Part shown: positions 46,201-55,487 of the stretch, one piece after another
Layout: the number at the start of each line of letters is the position of its first letter
How positions within the stretch are numbered: the stretch's first letter is position 1
IMG/VR virus record: IMGVR_UViG_3300018080_000118
Span: 71,947-135,946 of that record
From: a virus
Direction: 5' to 3' (one strand)
Length of the DNA: 64,000 bases
Position numbers and translations under genes: made by a program
The notes under the pieces: generated by a model
Databases searched by the model: none
Told to the model about the DNA's origin: nothing
Seen by the model: only the letters and a program-made list of their open reading frames with translations

Positions 46201-46315
46201 TCGTTCAGATGAGTTGGCACGAACCGCCCCTCGCGGGGACACACCGGAGAACGCCGTCTGGGTGAAGAGCGCCCTCCAGAGAAATACCGCGACACCAGAT
46301 GCTAGGACAGAGTAA
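43289..46315 (+). CDS. Tape measure protein
   Basis: 1008 aa, Ala/Gly/Met/Gln-rich helical; follows frameshifted chaperones. Confidence 0.75.
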   Translation: MIPNPGHPSQEQAARAMSQADAFVQQTRQQALQSMQSQHQTYTGGAQPGVLTYAGHGAMMTAGATMRAGQSVISGAATAMGAGASLAQPISQQVMQAGAGARPGLMPQGFFGMLSTAYAPRWLLPHAGMAFGMESAVRREFAQEELGRRWDMFGRRAATAGADFLSLGVTSHLMRRTGMEARIFTEMQTERSLQQRLGVVRGSQYSAATGFGVRRGFLTEGGGAEAMQELMGGAANLQAAFGYSSDQLNTLTQTAMGAITPGRLQTAAMGRGGGMQALGKEISGIRSELARAAREMQMTEEEAVKFFEQLKGTMEVTTEGFRGFREGARQAALSGPFSQAQMGQIGIQGRAMGLANYMDPTVMQGEAFSRANEIAELRRQGVIRSETLLREGGGTGADAMARMLMARMQRQMGAVGAGRANESLILAQANPGAYQQGLQGQGFLGRQGAIAGALIRDPFALRRARQNPSVRRTVAMNLELDAFMEGQRIAAIDPAGQLAAPEIFAQRMGFGSVEEALPQYEEVEARMLGARTRIEQAGIRGDSQQLANFALAFGKLGGYETQAIVSAMTNMQNVQDMDVGGMSAKGLRSAVRRTMAEMQVQAAGRTYGQFAANMHVGGAAQSMANRLLSGSVERYKLPHQARGTVQNAISLETASLRTTQTVRGDGYYAPPELVETWKAYTPERVNEMIGRLRAQDPKMTDEELAKAILGNRAGWDVEEGRRGFLGLGGVGVTRSRLTIKNNKLVRETQRLAMNNDLDRDWSQRKAEIMAGGDWSTTDVEVFGESGDVDAAARLALAATQAGRATRIRSFFDPNVREARMSMRELVRSSPTGVDLLRRSVGGFMVPAGADGTLKRMSYIQGDLTQKKLMNMLDWEDNSMLSGAMFKQRALNPVTGLMRAFSSRGGLEDFAALQEAIPYETLKSVMESYAEGKDINIKAAATDKKGMQKFMSELGGKKRVEFVFDLMKSAIGRSDELARTAPRGDTPENAVWVKSALQRNTATPDARTE

Positions 46316-47202
46316 TGGGCAATCGCACCAAGCCAGGACAGAAGCCAGGACCGCTTCCGCGCTACAACGATGTGGTGAGCGGTCTCGGCGGCGACATCAC
46401 AGGGAGCGGCCTGTCCCAGACGCTTGAGACCTATACTCGCACGGCTGGCCGGATTGACTCCTGGACCTGGACCGCGTTTCTGCGCGAGTTCCCAAAGGTG
46501 CGCGCCTTGCGCTGGCAGGACGTCCCAGAGAGCGAGCTCTTCCGAGAGAAGCTGAACACAGGCCGCGTCTTTGCGGACTATGACGAGGATCCGGCTGTTC
46601 TGGTGATCCGGCGCATCAAGAATCCTACTGAGTCTGAGGCGCAGGTGGAGTACCGTAAGATCATCGGCTTGAGCGGGGAGGCCTCTCCAGCTGCGCGCCG
46701 CCCCTCCACGCTACCGATCGTCCTGGCTACCGACCGCTTCCTCATCCAGCAGGTGAGCGAGGTAGACGACGAGCGTATCGGGCCGAGGTACAATTTCGGT
46801 ACCCCACTGGTCTACTCTGTGGGACGCTCTGCGCGCATCTACACCTACGGCGGCTGGCTCATTGACAACATCAAGGACGGCAGCGCCCAAGCCCAGTGGT
46901 GGGTGGCGTACAACAAATACATGCGGGGATCGAAGTGCATCCAGAACAAGTGCTTCGCCGAGATCTACTATAGGAACAAGATCCGGCGCGGCTATCTTAT
47001 GCACACCAACATGAGCGAAGATGCAGCGCAGCCGAGTCGGGCGCAGTTCGCTTTCTCATTCTTTGTGACCAGCGAAGCTTTCTTCTCCGTGAAGAGAGTG
47101 AGTGCCTATGACGCGCCACCCCCGGATGGTCCTTCTCGGGAAGTTCCCGCCGATTACCAGTACGGCTTTGCTGGGGACGCCGGTGGAGGGGTGGCAGTCT
47201 AA
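46315..47202 (+). CDS. Putative baseplate/tube-initiator protein
   Basis: FLIQQVSEVDDER...YSVGRSARIYTYGGWL...FAFSFFV tube-like fold; related to next gene. Confidence 0.55.
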   Translation: MGNRTKPGQKPGPLPRYNDVVSGLGGDITGSGLSQTLETYTRTAGRIDSWTWTAFLREFPKVRALRWQDVPESELFREKLNTGRVFADYDEDPAVLVIRRIKNPTESEAQVEYRKIIGLSGEASPAARRPSTLPIVLATDRFLIQQVSEVDDERIGPRYNFGTPLVYSVGRSARIYTYGGWLIDNIKDGSAQAQWWVAYNKYMRGSKCIQNKCFAEIYYRNKIRRGYLMHTNMSEDAAQPSRAQFAFSFFVTSEAFFSVKRVSAYDAPPPDGPSREVPADYQYGFAGDAGGGVAV

Positions 47203-48074
47203 TGGCAGATCCTAGCCTGAAAACCTTGGATCCTCGTCGGTACTACCTTAGGAGCCTGGCAGACATCCAGGGTCTGGAGGAGACGGACTTTCGCTGGCTC
47301 ACCATGCGCGTGTGGCCTCTTGGTGTTCGCGGTAACATTCGCAACGATGTGAAGCCTACAGAAGTCATGAGCGACTTCATCATGCAGAACATCTCGCAGA
47401 TGGATCGTGAGCGCTCTCACGTGGTTCCCGGTGTCCGCGACAACGTGAAGGTCTACTTCTTCGATCGGGAGATCAGGCAGTTCACAATCCAAGGTTTCAT
47501 CTACGACATGCCCTTCGATTCGCGACAGCAGCAGGACGGCAATCTTCAGGCGTATGCGTACACCAAGTTGCGTACACTCTACGACCAGTACATGCGGACG
47601 TCGGTGGCTGCTCGGAAGGGGTACATCGTCGAGCTGGACTACGGCCAGTTCAACATCTACTGCACGCTCACCAACATGAGCTCCACCCTTACGTCGGATA
47701 CCCCAGTCATCTACGTGGTGTCTTTCGTGGTTCTCGTAGAAGCTGTTACGATCAAAGACAACATCATGCCGGGCGACTCCACTACAGTGAGGAACACCAT
47801 CAGCTGGCGCAGTATTGAGCAGCCTCTCATCGACGAGCCGAACCATCCGTCATCAGAAGCGATTGGTATCGTCTCTCGCGAGGCCGGAGTGAAAATCGGC
47901 TTGGCCGATAGTTCCTACATGCTCAACGTCTTCAACCCCACACCGCAGCCTCCGCAGCTGCAGACGGGTGTTGAGAAGGCGCTCCTTTCTTCCGCGAAGC
48001 CTCCTCAGCTTCTCGATCAGTTTCCGCAAAAGTTTCCCGTGAAGGCCAAACGCAAGAGTAGTAGAGGGGCATAA
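47202..48074 (+). CDS. Putative baseplate/tube-initiator protein, paralog-like
   Basis: FIMQNISQMDRER...YFFDREIRQFTIQGFI...VSFVVLV. Confidence 0.55.
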   Translation: MADPSLKTLDPRRYYLRSLADIQGLEETDFRWLTMRVWPLGVRGNIRNDVKPTEVMSDFIMQNISQMDRERSHVVPGVRDNVKVYFFDREIRQFTIQGFIYDMPFDSRQQQDGNLQAYAYTKLRTLYDQYMRTSVAARKGYIVELDYGQFNIYCTLTNMSSTLTSDTPVIYVVSFVVLVEAVTIKDNIMPGDSTTVRNTISWRSIEQPLIDEPNHPSSEAIGIVSREAGVKIGLADSSYMLNVFNPTPQPPQLQTGVEKALLSSAKPPQLLDQFPQKFPVKAKRKSSRGA

Positions 48075-51000
48075 TGCCGAGGCTTGAGAGAAAGCTGAGT
48101 GACTGGCGCGTGTTCATCGACGGCGTCGAGGTCCCACACCAGGGCTTCACCATCACGTGTGGCCGTAACTCATACGCGACCGGGCAGCTATACCTGGAGC
48201 CTGACAAGGTGGTGCACGAGTTTCGGCCAAACTCGCTCATTCATTTCTTCTTCTGGGACAGCACCGATCCTCGCCAGGACGAGCTCGACAAGTACAAGCT
48301 CTACATGGAGGTCGAGCTCCTCGGCCCGGGCCATTCGAAGACTCCGCAGCATCGCAGCATGGCTGTTCACTTTGCAGGCCTCTTTCGGATCTTTTCCCGG
48401 CACCGCATGTTCATGTCCTCTATTGGCCAGAGCTTCCAGACTCCCTACATCACGGGGGGCTATGCGATCCCCTCTATCGCACAAGGCGTCTCGGGCCGTG
48501 GTGATTCGTTCTCCTTTCTGGCCCTCGCCAAGTCATTCGATCCAGACAACGCGGGGACTCCGGGGGACAAGGCTCCTTTCCGAACCAATCCGGACAGCAA
48601 CTTCGCAGAGAGGCTGTTGCCCCTCATCGCGTATCTCAGCAGCTACAACGGTTCGCAGCGGCTCTCTGTCATCAGGAGCAGGCTCCTTAACAAGATCGCC
48701 GCCGTCCCCGACTCCACCATCGGAGGCATGATCCCAGCCACTCTCAGCAACCTCGCCTTCCAGCAGCTCAAGGGGCAGATCCGCGCAGACCATACCTACC
48801 TCGATCTGTTCACCCACTTCTGTGGCCAAGCGTTTCATTCCTGGTATCAGGTCCCCACGCCCTACTACGCTCCGAGAGACAAGAAGCTCAAGATCCCGGA
48901 CGCGCAGACAGGTCAGCTGGTGGAGTTTCCCGCACAGCCAGGTGACAAGGGCAACATCCTCAAGATGCCTCAGATCAAGGAGGCAGATCTCGATATCTTC
49001 TCCTTCGTCAGGGACTACTATCGTAACGACTATATCCTGGCCCCCGAGCTCTTCTACGCGATGCCCCCTCCGTGCAACTTCATCATGCCGGAAGACATCG
49101 ACCAGCTGAGCTATCAGCGTACCTACGACAACGAACCCACTCGCGTGATCTTGAACGAGAAGTATTTCTCCCAGGGCAAAGCAGCCTACTTCGCCCCCTC
49201 TACCATCCTTCGATCCATGCCGGAACAGGATCGTTCCCGGGTCACAGCGGCTGAATTCTTCAGCTCCAACCTGAACGGCTTGGGCCAAGCTACGACGGCC
49301 GGCAGCAGTAACTCTCCGTACCAGGCGGCTCCTCACGTCAACAACAAGACCGCCGGTAGTGTGAACCTCCTGTCCGTTCTCAGCGAGGACGAGATCGAGA
49401 AGGGTATCATCTGTCGACGAGACACCAATCCGTTCGAGCTCTTCACAGCGGTAGCCCGGTATTTCGACGATAAGGAAGATCTGACCCAAGCGTTTGCCTC
49501 AGAGAAGAATCGGGCTGAGCGCATCAACCAGAAGGGTCTGAGCGACTATGAGCGCATCATGACGACCCTGGCTGATTACCGGTACCAGCTCGGAAAGGCA
49601 GAGAGAAACGCCAGTGTCTCCTGTCGCGGTCTTCGCTGGATAGCTCCTGGCTTCTCCACCATGATCTTCGACAACGACTCTTCCTATCTTGCCTTTGTTG
49701 AGAGCACCACGCTCACAGTCGACATCGCTACGGGGAACGAGACCACCAACGTAGGGCTCTCCCGCGTACGGACCATTCCGCGTGTCACCAAGAAGGAGGC
49801 AGAGAAGCTGGATAAGAAGTTCCAGAAGGAGCGTGACAGCCGGTCTTCGCAGTACGGGGAGATCTCTGGAAAGTACCAGGCGAAGATCACAGCTGTGGAG
49901 GGACACATCCGCGAGTTCGAGAAGGCTATGCGTAATGTGTCAGGCTATGTCACGAGCCTCGATCTCCTCAGCCGTCGTGAGGTCAGTAGCGCAGGCTTCA
50001 CCCCCGAGACCAAACTTCTTGCGTTGAAGATCCGGGCGTTCGGTGGAGACGTGACGGTTCCTGCGGCTACGCTGGCTCCCCTGCAGGCAGCGGCAACCTC
50101 GCTCAACAGCATGGCCACGCCGATCCGGTCAGCGCTGTATGGGGGACAGCGTAGCGAGACAGCCGAGAGATTCTATCAGGACGAGAACCTGACCACCAAG
50201 GCATCGCTGCCGGGGAAGGCGACGGAAACACGCACGAAGAGCATCACCGTCTTCTCTGAGGAGCGAGGAACCTACAAGTACACCAAGACATTCACGACAC
50301 GAGAGCGCTACGAGCGCGGAGACTATACATCGTATGCCGGGATGGATTTCCCAGTGTTCCTTGACGCTCAGCTGGATCCGAGTGTTTTCGTCGTCTCTGA
50401 CGATGCCCAGACTGTCACCCTCACCCGAGAGATCCTGAAGACCATGAAGGTCCAGGGCGAGCAGCTGGGCAGGCAGATCCTATCGTTCCTCCGTGCCCAG
50501 GAGAAGGCTCTTCAGACAGCTTCTGACGAAGGTACGGTGGCTGACGTCGATACGCTCGGAGACAACGCCATCGCCACGGCGGTCAAGGCGGCGGAGCTCA
50601 ACGAGGACTACGTGCGGTCGTACTTCAGCGAGCTCACAGGCTTCCAGCTCCCGCCTACATGGTTCAACAAAGGCTTTCTGCTCACACGCACCATCGATAA
50701 GATCTATCAGGCGCTGCTTGGAACCCAGCCGTTCTACGGGAGCGACACCGAGTTTGGTAAGGATCTGCAGGGGGCGGACCCGTCGTCGGAGCTGACAGCA
50801 AAGACTCTGTATGACGAGTACGGTAATTTCCTGCGCATCGTCGACAGGCTCTTCCCTATCCTCGACGACGACTCGGGCATCTCCCCCCGCCGTACAGGTG
50901 GTAGCACCAAGTGGGAAGAGCTCTCGCAGCAGCCCGAGACAGAGATCGGACCAGGGCCGTGGGTGGACCAGAATGTACAGAGCCGAGTGGCCACCAGCCT

Positions 51001-51403
51001 GCGCCAGTTCCTCGACATGCACGCGCTGAAGCTAGAGAAGCAGATGTCCGATCAGCCCACGCCCGAAGAGTTCTGGCTGATGGTGCCGCGCAACCCCCAG
51101 GACGAGAATACGATCTTCGACTTCATCGTGGACGAGTGGGAGATGTTTCCTGAGCTCAAAGACAGTCTGGTGTCGGCACCCAATCAGCTGCAGCAGCTCT
51201 TCCGTCAAGGTCTTGGCAGCCTAGGCATCGACGTTCCCGACGTCAGCGCCAGTCCAGGTGATCCGATTGTGCAGCAGCTCCGAGCAGAGGCGAAGCAGTC
51301 TGACCACCCTTCCGCTCGCTACCTATTTCGATCTGCGCGACAAGAGATTATACTTAACTACTCCAAGAGACATTTTGGTCCGAGGGCATTCGATGGCCGC
51401 TGA
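48074..51403 (+). CDS. Putative baseplate hub protein
   Basis: RVFIDGVEVP N-terminus; APELFYAMPPPCNFIMPE; RNASVSCRGLRWIAPGF; position in the tail module. Confidence 0.55.
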   Translation: MPRLERKLSDWRVFIDGVEVPHQGFTITCGRNSYATGQLYLEPDKVVHEFRPNSLIHFFFWDSTDPRQDELDKYKLYMEVELLGPGHSKTPQHRSMAVHFAGLFRIFSRHRMFMSSIGQSFQTPYITGGYAIPSIAQGVSGRGDSFSFLALAKSFDPDNAGTPGDKAPFRTNPDSNFAERLLPLIAYLSSYNGSQRLSVIRSRLLNKIAAVPDSTIGGMIPATLSNLAFQQLKGQIRADHTYLDLFTHFCGQAFHSWYQVPTPYYAPRDKKLKIPDAQTGQLVEFPAQPGDKGNILKMPQIKEADLDIFSFVRDYYRNDYILAPELFYAMPPPCNFIMPEDIDQLSYQRTYDNEPTRVILNEKYFSQGKAAYFAPSTILRSMPEQDRSRVTAAEFFSSNLNGLGQATTAGSSNSPYQAAPHVNNKTAGSVNLLSVLSEDEIEKGIICRRDTNPFELFTAVARYFDDKEDLTQAFASEKNRAERINQKGLSDYERIMTTLADYRYQLGKAERNASVSCRGLRWIAPGFSTMIFDNDSSYLAFVESTTLTVDIATGNETTNVGLSRVRTIPRVTKKEAEKLDKKFQKERDSRSSQYGEISGKYQAKITAVEGHIREFEKAMRNVSGYVTSLDLLSRREVSSAGFTPETKLLALKIRAFGGDVTVPAATLAPLQAAATSLNSMATPIRSALYGGQRSETAERFYQDENLTTKASLPGKATETRTKSITVFSEERGTYKYTKTFTTRERYERGDYTSYAGMDFPVFLDAQLDPSVFVVSDDAQTVTLTREILKTMKVQGEQLGRQILSFLRAQEKALQTASDEGTVADVDTLGDNAIATAVKAAELNEDYVRSYFSELTGFQLPPTWFNKGFLLTRTIDKIYQALLGTQPFYGSDTEFGKDLQGADPSSELTAKTLYDEYGNFLRIVDRLFPILDDDSGISPRRTGGSTKWEELSQQPETEIGPGPWVDQNVQSRVATSLRQFLDMHALKLEKQMSDQPTPEEFWLMVPRNPQDENTIFDFIVDEWEMFPELKDSLVSAPNQLQQLFRQGLGSLGIDVPDVSASPGDPIVQQLRAEAKQSDHPSARYLFRSARQEIILNYSKRHFGPRAFDGR

Positions 51404-52094
51404 TCCTGATCTCGATCTTATCAAGAGAGCGCAGCGAGGCGACATCCTGGCGCGCAACGAGCTGCTACGCAAGTACAAGCCCATGCTTAACCGCATGACC
51501 ATGGCCTACGTGCGGGCTCCTGTCCCTTCCGCAGCTATCCAGGGCGAGGCCATGAAGATCTTCATGACGGCCTTGACGCGCTACAATCCGCGCCAGAAGG
51601 TCCTTTTCAAGACTTTCCTGGAGACGCAGCTTAGAGGGCTCTACCGCTACGTGAACGCGAACAAGAACGTGGCTCGTGTGCCTGAGCACCGCATCCTCCA
51701 GATCCGCCGCTTCCAACAGGCCAAGAACCTGCTGTTCGCCACGAAGGATAGGGAACCCACACACGACGAGATGGCCGATCACCTGGGCTGGAGCCAGCAG
51801 CAGGTCCAGATGATGGACACGGCTCTCTCGCGCAAGGACCTCTCTGTCACACAGGCTGCCGAGTCCGGCATCGCCGACCCAGCCACCTTCTACAACCGCA
51901 TGGGCGAGACCTTCGAGTTCATGTACTTCCAGATGACGCCAGAGGAGAAGCTGGTCTATGACTACTCCCTGGGTGCTCACGGGAAGAAGAAGCTGAAGTC
52001 TGTGTCGGCCATCTCCAAGGCGACACGCATCCCGCCTGACCGCATCTACTCCATCAAGCGGCGTCTGGCCAAGAACGTCATGTCTGTGGTCTAG
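51393..52094 (+). CDS. Sigma-70 family (FliA/SigB-like) sigma factor
   Basis: LIKRAQRGDILARNELLRKYKPM, ALTRYNP...FKTFL, RVPEHR, REPTHDEMADHLGW. Confidence 0.8.
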   Translation: MAADPDLDLIKRAQRGDILARNELLRKYKPMLNRMTMAYVRAPVPSAAIQGEAMKIFMTALTRYNPRQKVLFKTFLETQLRGLYRYVNANKNVARVPEHRILQIRRFQQAKNLLFATKDREPTHDEMADHLGWSQQQVQMMDTALSRKDLSVTQAAESGIADPATFYNRMGETFEFMYFQMTPEEKLVYDYSLGAHGKKKLKSVSAISKATRIPPDRIYSIKRRLAKNVMSVV

Positions 52095-52117
52095 GTAAAA
52101 TAAGGGGCGTGAGCCCC

Positions 52118-52333
52118 CTATTTTCCGTAGTATTCCCTGTCTCGCCTGGTTTGTTCTTCCTGAAACTTGCGGTAGAGCTCGTCGTTCTCCGCTTGCTCGC
52201 GAGCACGCCGCTCGCGATCTTCGCGATTGGCGCGCTCTTCCCACGTTTCAGGTCCTCGTGGCTTTTCTTCTTTGGGGCAGCCACATAGTAACCCCATGAG
52301 ACAGAGAGCTACAGTTACCAAGAGAATCCTCAT
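52118..52333 (-). CDS. Small lipoprotein
   Basis: MRILLVTVALCLMGLLCGC signal/lipobox; AGGAGG SD. Confidence 0.65.
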   Translation of the reverse strand: MRILLVTVALCLMGLLCGCPKEEKPRGPETWEERANREDRERRAREQAENDELYRKFQEEQTRRDREYYGK

Positions 52334-52508
52334 AGCTTCCTCCTAGAAAAAGAATGCTCGCTGGTGAATTCCACGCGGTATAGAGATGGCCATCGTCACC
52401 GGTGAAGTCCCAAATGGTGTCGCCATGTGCCATGGTGCGGATGTGCCGCACGTCTTCTCCCGCCTGGCACTCGTACTTGAGCTGAGAGATCATGAAGGTT
52501 TTGGGCTC

Positions 52509-53096
52509 TCACCGTTCCTCCGTGCCTCTAAGTGATACTCCGTTGTCGCGAAGATACCGCCTTACGTAGACCAGCGCCGCCACGCCAAAGCCCTTGAGTT
52601 TTAGAAGATCTTCAGCGGTGTGCTCCAGAAGATCTCCAATGGTCTTGATGCCCACCTTATTGAGCGCATTCCTCGCGTGGACGGGTAAATTCGCTTCGCT
52701 AGTTTTGATGCTCCTCAGGGCTGCGCGTGTCTGTATGCGCCATCTTTTGACCTTCTCGGCGAGCTCCTGCGTCATCGTGGTCGTTCCAAATAGCTCATCT
52801 GCTAGCCAGCCACGCGCGAGTAGTGCCTCAACAAGGTCCGCTTTGTGCAGCTGCAGTTCGTCGAGGTTGTAGCTCCGGTCTGTGGGAGGTTCGGACGAGG
52901 CGCTCATTTTTACGTAAATGACGAGTCGTTTTCGATGACAATCCCACTCGGGCTGTTGTTGGACGACGCCGTGACAATTATCATCTAACCAGATGACAGT
53001 GTCTTGGTACGGCACAAACGGCATCTCCGTCGCCCAGGACAGATAGACGATGTTCTGGCTGTCTAGCTCGATGCAAGTAGAAAGGGTTATCTCCAT
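52509..53096 (-). CDS. Protein with C-terminal RNA polymerase alpha-CTD-like domain
   Basis: LPVHARNALNKVGIKTIGDLLEHTAEDLLKLKGFGVAAL parallels RpoA LSVRxxNCLxxxxIxxIGDL...LLKxxNxGxKSL. Confidence 0.75.
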   Translation of the reverse strand: MEITLSTCIELDSQNIVYLSWATEMPFVPYQDTVIWLDDNCHGVVQQQPEWDCHRKRLVIYVKMSASSEPPTDRSYNLDELQLHKADLVEALLARGWLADELFGTTTMTQELAEKVKRWRIQTRAALRSIKTSEANLPVHARNALNKVGIKTIGDLLEHTAEDLLKLKGFGVAALVYVRRYLRDNGVSLRGTEER

Positions 53097-53171
53097 ACTA
53101 TTTCCTCCAATGAAAAAGAACTGAACGTCCCTTGCATAGATCCTAAGGTCTCTTCATAATCCTTATGACTC

Positions 53172-53192
53172 AGACCACTCCCGGAGTTGTCA
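53172..53192 (-). repeat. 21-bp quasi-palindromic motif, copy 6
   Basis: TGACAACTCCGGGAGTGGTCT on - strand, between divergent genes. Confidence 0.8.
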
Positions 53193-53470
53193 TGGCGGTT
53201 ATGCCAGAATTCAGAACCGTGCGCCTCGTACAGCAGAGCGAGTGGTACGGCCCGCAGTACCTCAACAAAGCTCAGCCGGGGGATCTCTTGCTCCTCGGTG
53301 ATGTGTCTCAGCGGCCTGGCGGCTTCCTTCGTATCAAGAAGGCGTCGGTCTTTATCACCGTGACACACGAGCAGGTGTGGGCGGGGAAGTTCGTGGAGTG
53401 GCCACGGCCGAGGGATGGGATCAAGGGCTTCTACATCCGGGGCAATCGCGTGGTGTTCGAGGCTGCGTAA
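53192..53470 (+). CDS. Hypothetical protein
   Basis: GGAG SD within motif copy 6; typical codon usage. Confidence 0.55.
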   Translation: MAVMPEFRTVRLVQQSEWYGPQYLNKAQPGDLLLLGDVSQRPGGFLRIKKASVFITVTHEQVWAGKFVEWPRPRDGIKGFYIRGNRVVFEAA

Positions 53471-53490
53471 AAGAGAAGGCCAGAGCCTTC

Positions 53491-53934
53491 TCATTTTTCG
53501 AACTTCTTTTTGAGACGCTCGAACTCTTTCCGTTCACGCTCTTCGCGAGCCTTTCTCTTTTTGGCTTCGCGTTTCTTGGCGGCAGCTTTGGCGTTCTTGT
53601 TTCTCTCCAGCCTCTTCTGTAGCTCCTCTTTAGTCTCCAGGCGGTACCCATATAGCTCGTTCTCCACGCCGCCTTCATAGTCCGGCCTAGGGTCAATGGT
53701 GACTTGGCGATACCCCTGCTCTTCATAGTAGTCGCGCACCATTTGAAGGCGGTCCATTACCTCAGAGATAGGGCCTAGAAAAGCGCCCTCATCGTACAGG
53801 CTGAAGATGACGCTGCTGACGCCCAACTTAGCGTCGCCTTGCTTGTACTGCGTGGTGGCCAGCTGCTTCCTGATCCACTTGCGTCCATCTTTCCTCGGGG
53901 TGAGCGTGTCCTTCGTCCTCTTCTTCTTCGACAT
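53491..53934 (-). CDS. Hypothetical protein with basic coiled-coil tail
   Basis: TGATG overlap; LYGYRLETKEE...ERERKEFERLKKKF. Confidence 0.65.
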   Translation of the reverse strand: MSKKKRTKDTLTPRKDGRKWIRKQLATTQYKQGDAKLGVSSVIFSLYDEGAFLGPISEVMDRLQMVRDYYEEQGYRQVTIDPRPDYEGGVENELYGYRLETKEELQKRLERNKNAKAAAKKREAKKRKAREERERKEFERLKKKFEK

Positions 53935-54125
53935 CAGTCTTCCTCCTCTTCGGCGAGGTGCCCGAATTCTTCGTAGATCTCGCCGCAGAGGCGCACGAGT
54001 CTCTTCATGGCCGCTTTTTCGTCTTCGTCCATGTCTTCGAACTCGTCCTCTGTCTCCAAGGCCTCCTGGCAATCCTCCAGATCAGCGACGGTATTCCGGA
54101 AGCGGCAATAGCTCATATTTGACAT
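53934..54125 (-). CDS. Small phage protein (MSNMSYCRFxNT type)
   Basis: MSNMSYCRFRNTVADLEDC N-terminus resembles small phage proteins of this type. Confidence 0.7.
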   Translation of the reverse strand: MSNMSYCRFRNTVADLEDCQEALETEDEFEDMDEDEKAAMKRLVRLCGEIYEEFGHLAEEEED

Positions 54126-54128
54126 GTC

Positions 54129-54938
54129 TCACCCTTTCAATTTCGCCGCTGTGCGCAGCTTCTGTACCGCTTCATAGATCTCGTCCAGGGCGTCGCCGAT
54201 GCCCGTTCCGTCGAAGGTCTCCTTGGCTTCCTGGAGGAGTTTATCGAGCGGCTCCATCTCGGCGACGAGCCCGTGGAGTATCTCGCGGTATCCCTCGCTT
54301 TCTTCAAAGGGAACCGGGTCGATCTCTTCCAGATACTTTTCGGCGACACCCTTCTGCTCCAGGAGAAAGAGAGGGATTCCTGTAAATCCGAACGGCGTAT
54401 TCTCAGGACGTATGGTCCCATGCCCGGCGGCCACCTCTCTCAGGATCTCTCCTTTCCGGAAGAAGTAGTCCAGCTTCTCCGGGTCCTCTGCATGTCGACG
54501 ATCTGCAGGAAGGTCCAGCTTTGCGCGGAATCGGCGACACACCGCCTTTTCGGCTCGCTGACTGTTTTGCGCAGCCAGCTCCTTGGCCATCTGTTCGCGA
54601 CCTACCTCAGCGAGGTGGGCCGTCGTCGACAGACCGACTACACGCTGTTCCAGGTCCTGGATCTTCTTGGCGTCGCGTCGGGAGCGCGCGATCAGCTTCT
54701 TCACCCGGCTCCTGAAGGCTACGCGTTCTGCCAGCTTCTTGGCCCGGAGTTTAACGCAGGTCGCTGCGGCCCTGTCTCGCTCTTCCTTGTACTGGTTCGC
54801 CCATCGCTCCTCCGAGTCCCTGTCTGCTTCGAGGTCCTCCACCTTGGCCTGCAGCTCTTCGATCTTCTTGTGCATGTCAGCCTTATCGCGCCGAAGGTAG
54901 TCCGCTGCCTGGGCATCTCCAGAGCTTTCATAGATCAT
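54129..54938 (-). CDS. Coiled-coil hypothetical protein
   Basis: GGAG SD; heptad-rich. Confidence 0.65.
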   Translation of the reverse strand: MIYESSGDAQAADYLRRDKADMHKKIEELQAKVEDLEADRDSEERWANQYKEERDRAAATCVKLRAKKLAERVAFRSRVKKLIARSRRDAKKIQDLEQRVVGLSTTAHLAEVGREQMAKELAAQNSQRAEKAVCRRFRAKLDLPADRRHAEDPEKLDYFFRKGEILREVAAGHGTIRPENTPFGFTGIPLFLLEQKGVAEKYLEEIDPVPFEESEGYREILHGLVAEMEPLDKLLQEAKETFDGTGIGDALDEIYEAVQKLRTAAKLKG

Positions 54939-54951
54939 ATCGTTTCTCCCA

Positions 54952-55485
54952 TTACTCGCCCATGAGCGCCATCAGCTCATCAACGACATCGTCTGTTTCT
55001 TCTTCGTCGCTCTCCTGTAGTGCGACGATCTCCGTTGGGGACAGCGCGAGCTTCTTCGAGCCCCAGAGCACCCAGACAATCACTGCATCTGATATGGCGC
55101 AGGATTTCTTCGTCCGGTTCACTGTCTCTGCCTCTGTCCCCACAATACTATCGACGGTGCCATATCGTGTCTCCCCCGTCTGGCACCACGCAACACGATC
55201 TCCCTGGCGTATCGTGTCCACTAGCCCTTCCTCGTCGACCATCTCCAGCGTGAAGCCCCCGAAGATGCCCGGATTGAGGACGCGCTTGCTGTTCTCGCCC
55301 TCAGCGTAGCGAGACAGGTTGAACCTACTGCCCTCGTCTACGTGTTGATTGAAATGCTCCCAGCAGATACCCAGGCCCAGGTAGGATGGACCAACGAGCC
55401 TGTTGCAGTTTGGTAGTGCGCAGGTGTGCTGGTTGCTGGAATACCTCCACCGTACGCGCCATAGCGCGTCCCGCGCTGTGTTCAT
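54952..55485 (-). CDS. Hypothetical protein with C/H zinc-finger-like motif
   Basis: GGAGGAG SD; CALPNC...ICWEH. Confidence 0.6.
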   Translation of the reverse strand: MNTARDALWRVRWRYSSNQHTCALPNCNRLVGPSYLGLGICWEHFNQHVDEGSRFNLSRYAEGENSKRVLNPGIFGGFTLEMVDEEGLVDTIRQGDRVAWCQTGETRYGTVDSIVGTEAETVNRTKKSCAISDAVIVWVLWGSKKLALSPTEIVALQESDEEETDDVVDELMALMGE

Positions 55486-55487
55486 AG

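Noticed and set aside
52248-52493. 81-aa - strand ORF
   Set aside because: No clear SD, overlaps the lipoprotein gene by 86 nt and has no motif; cannot be supported, though not excluded.
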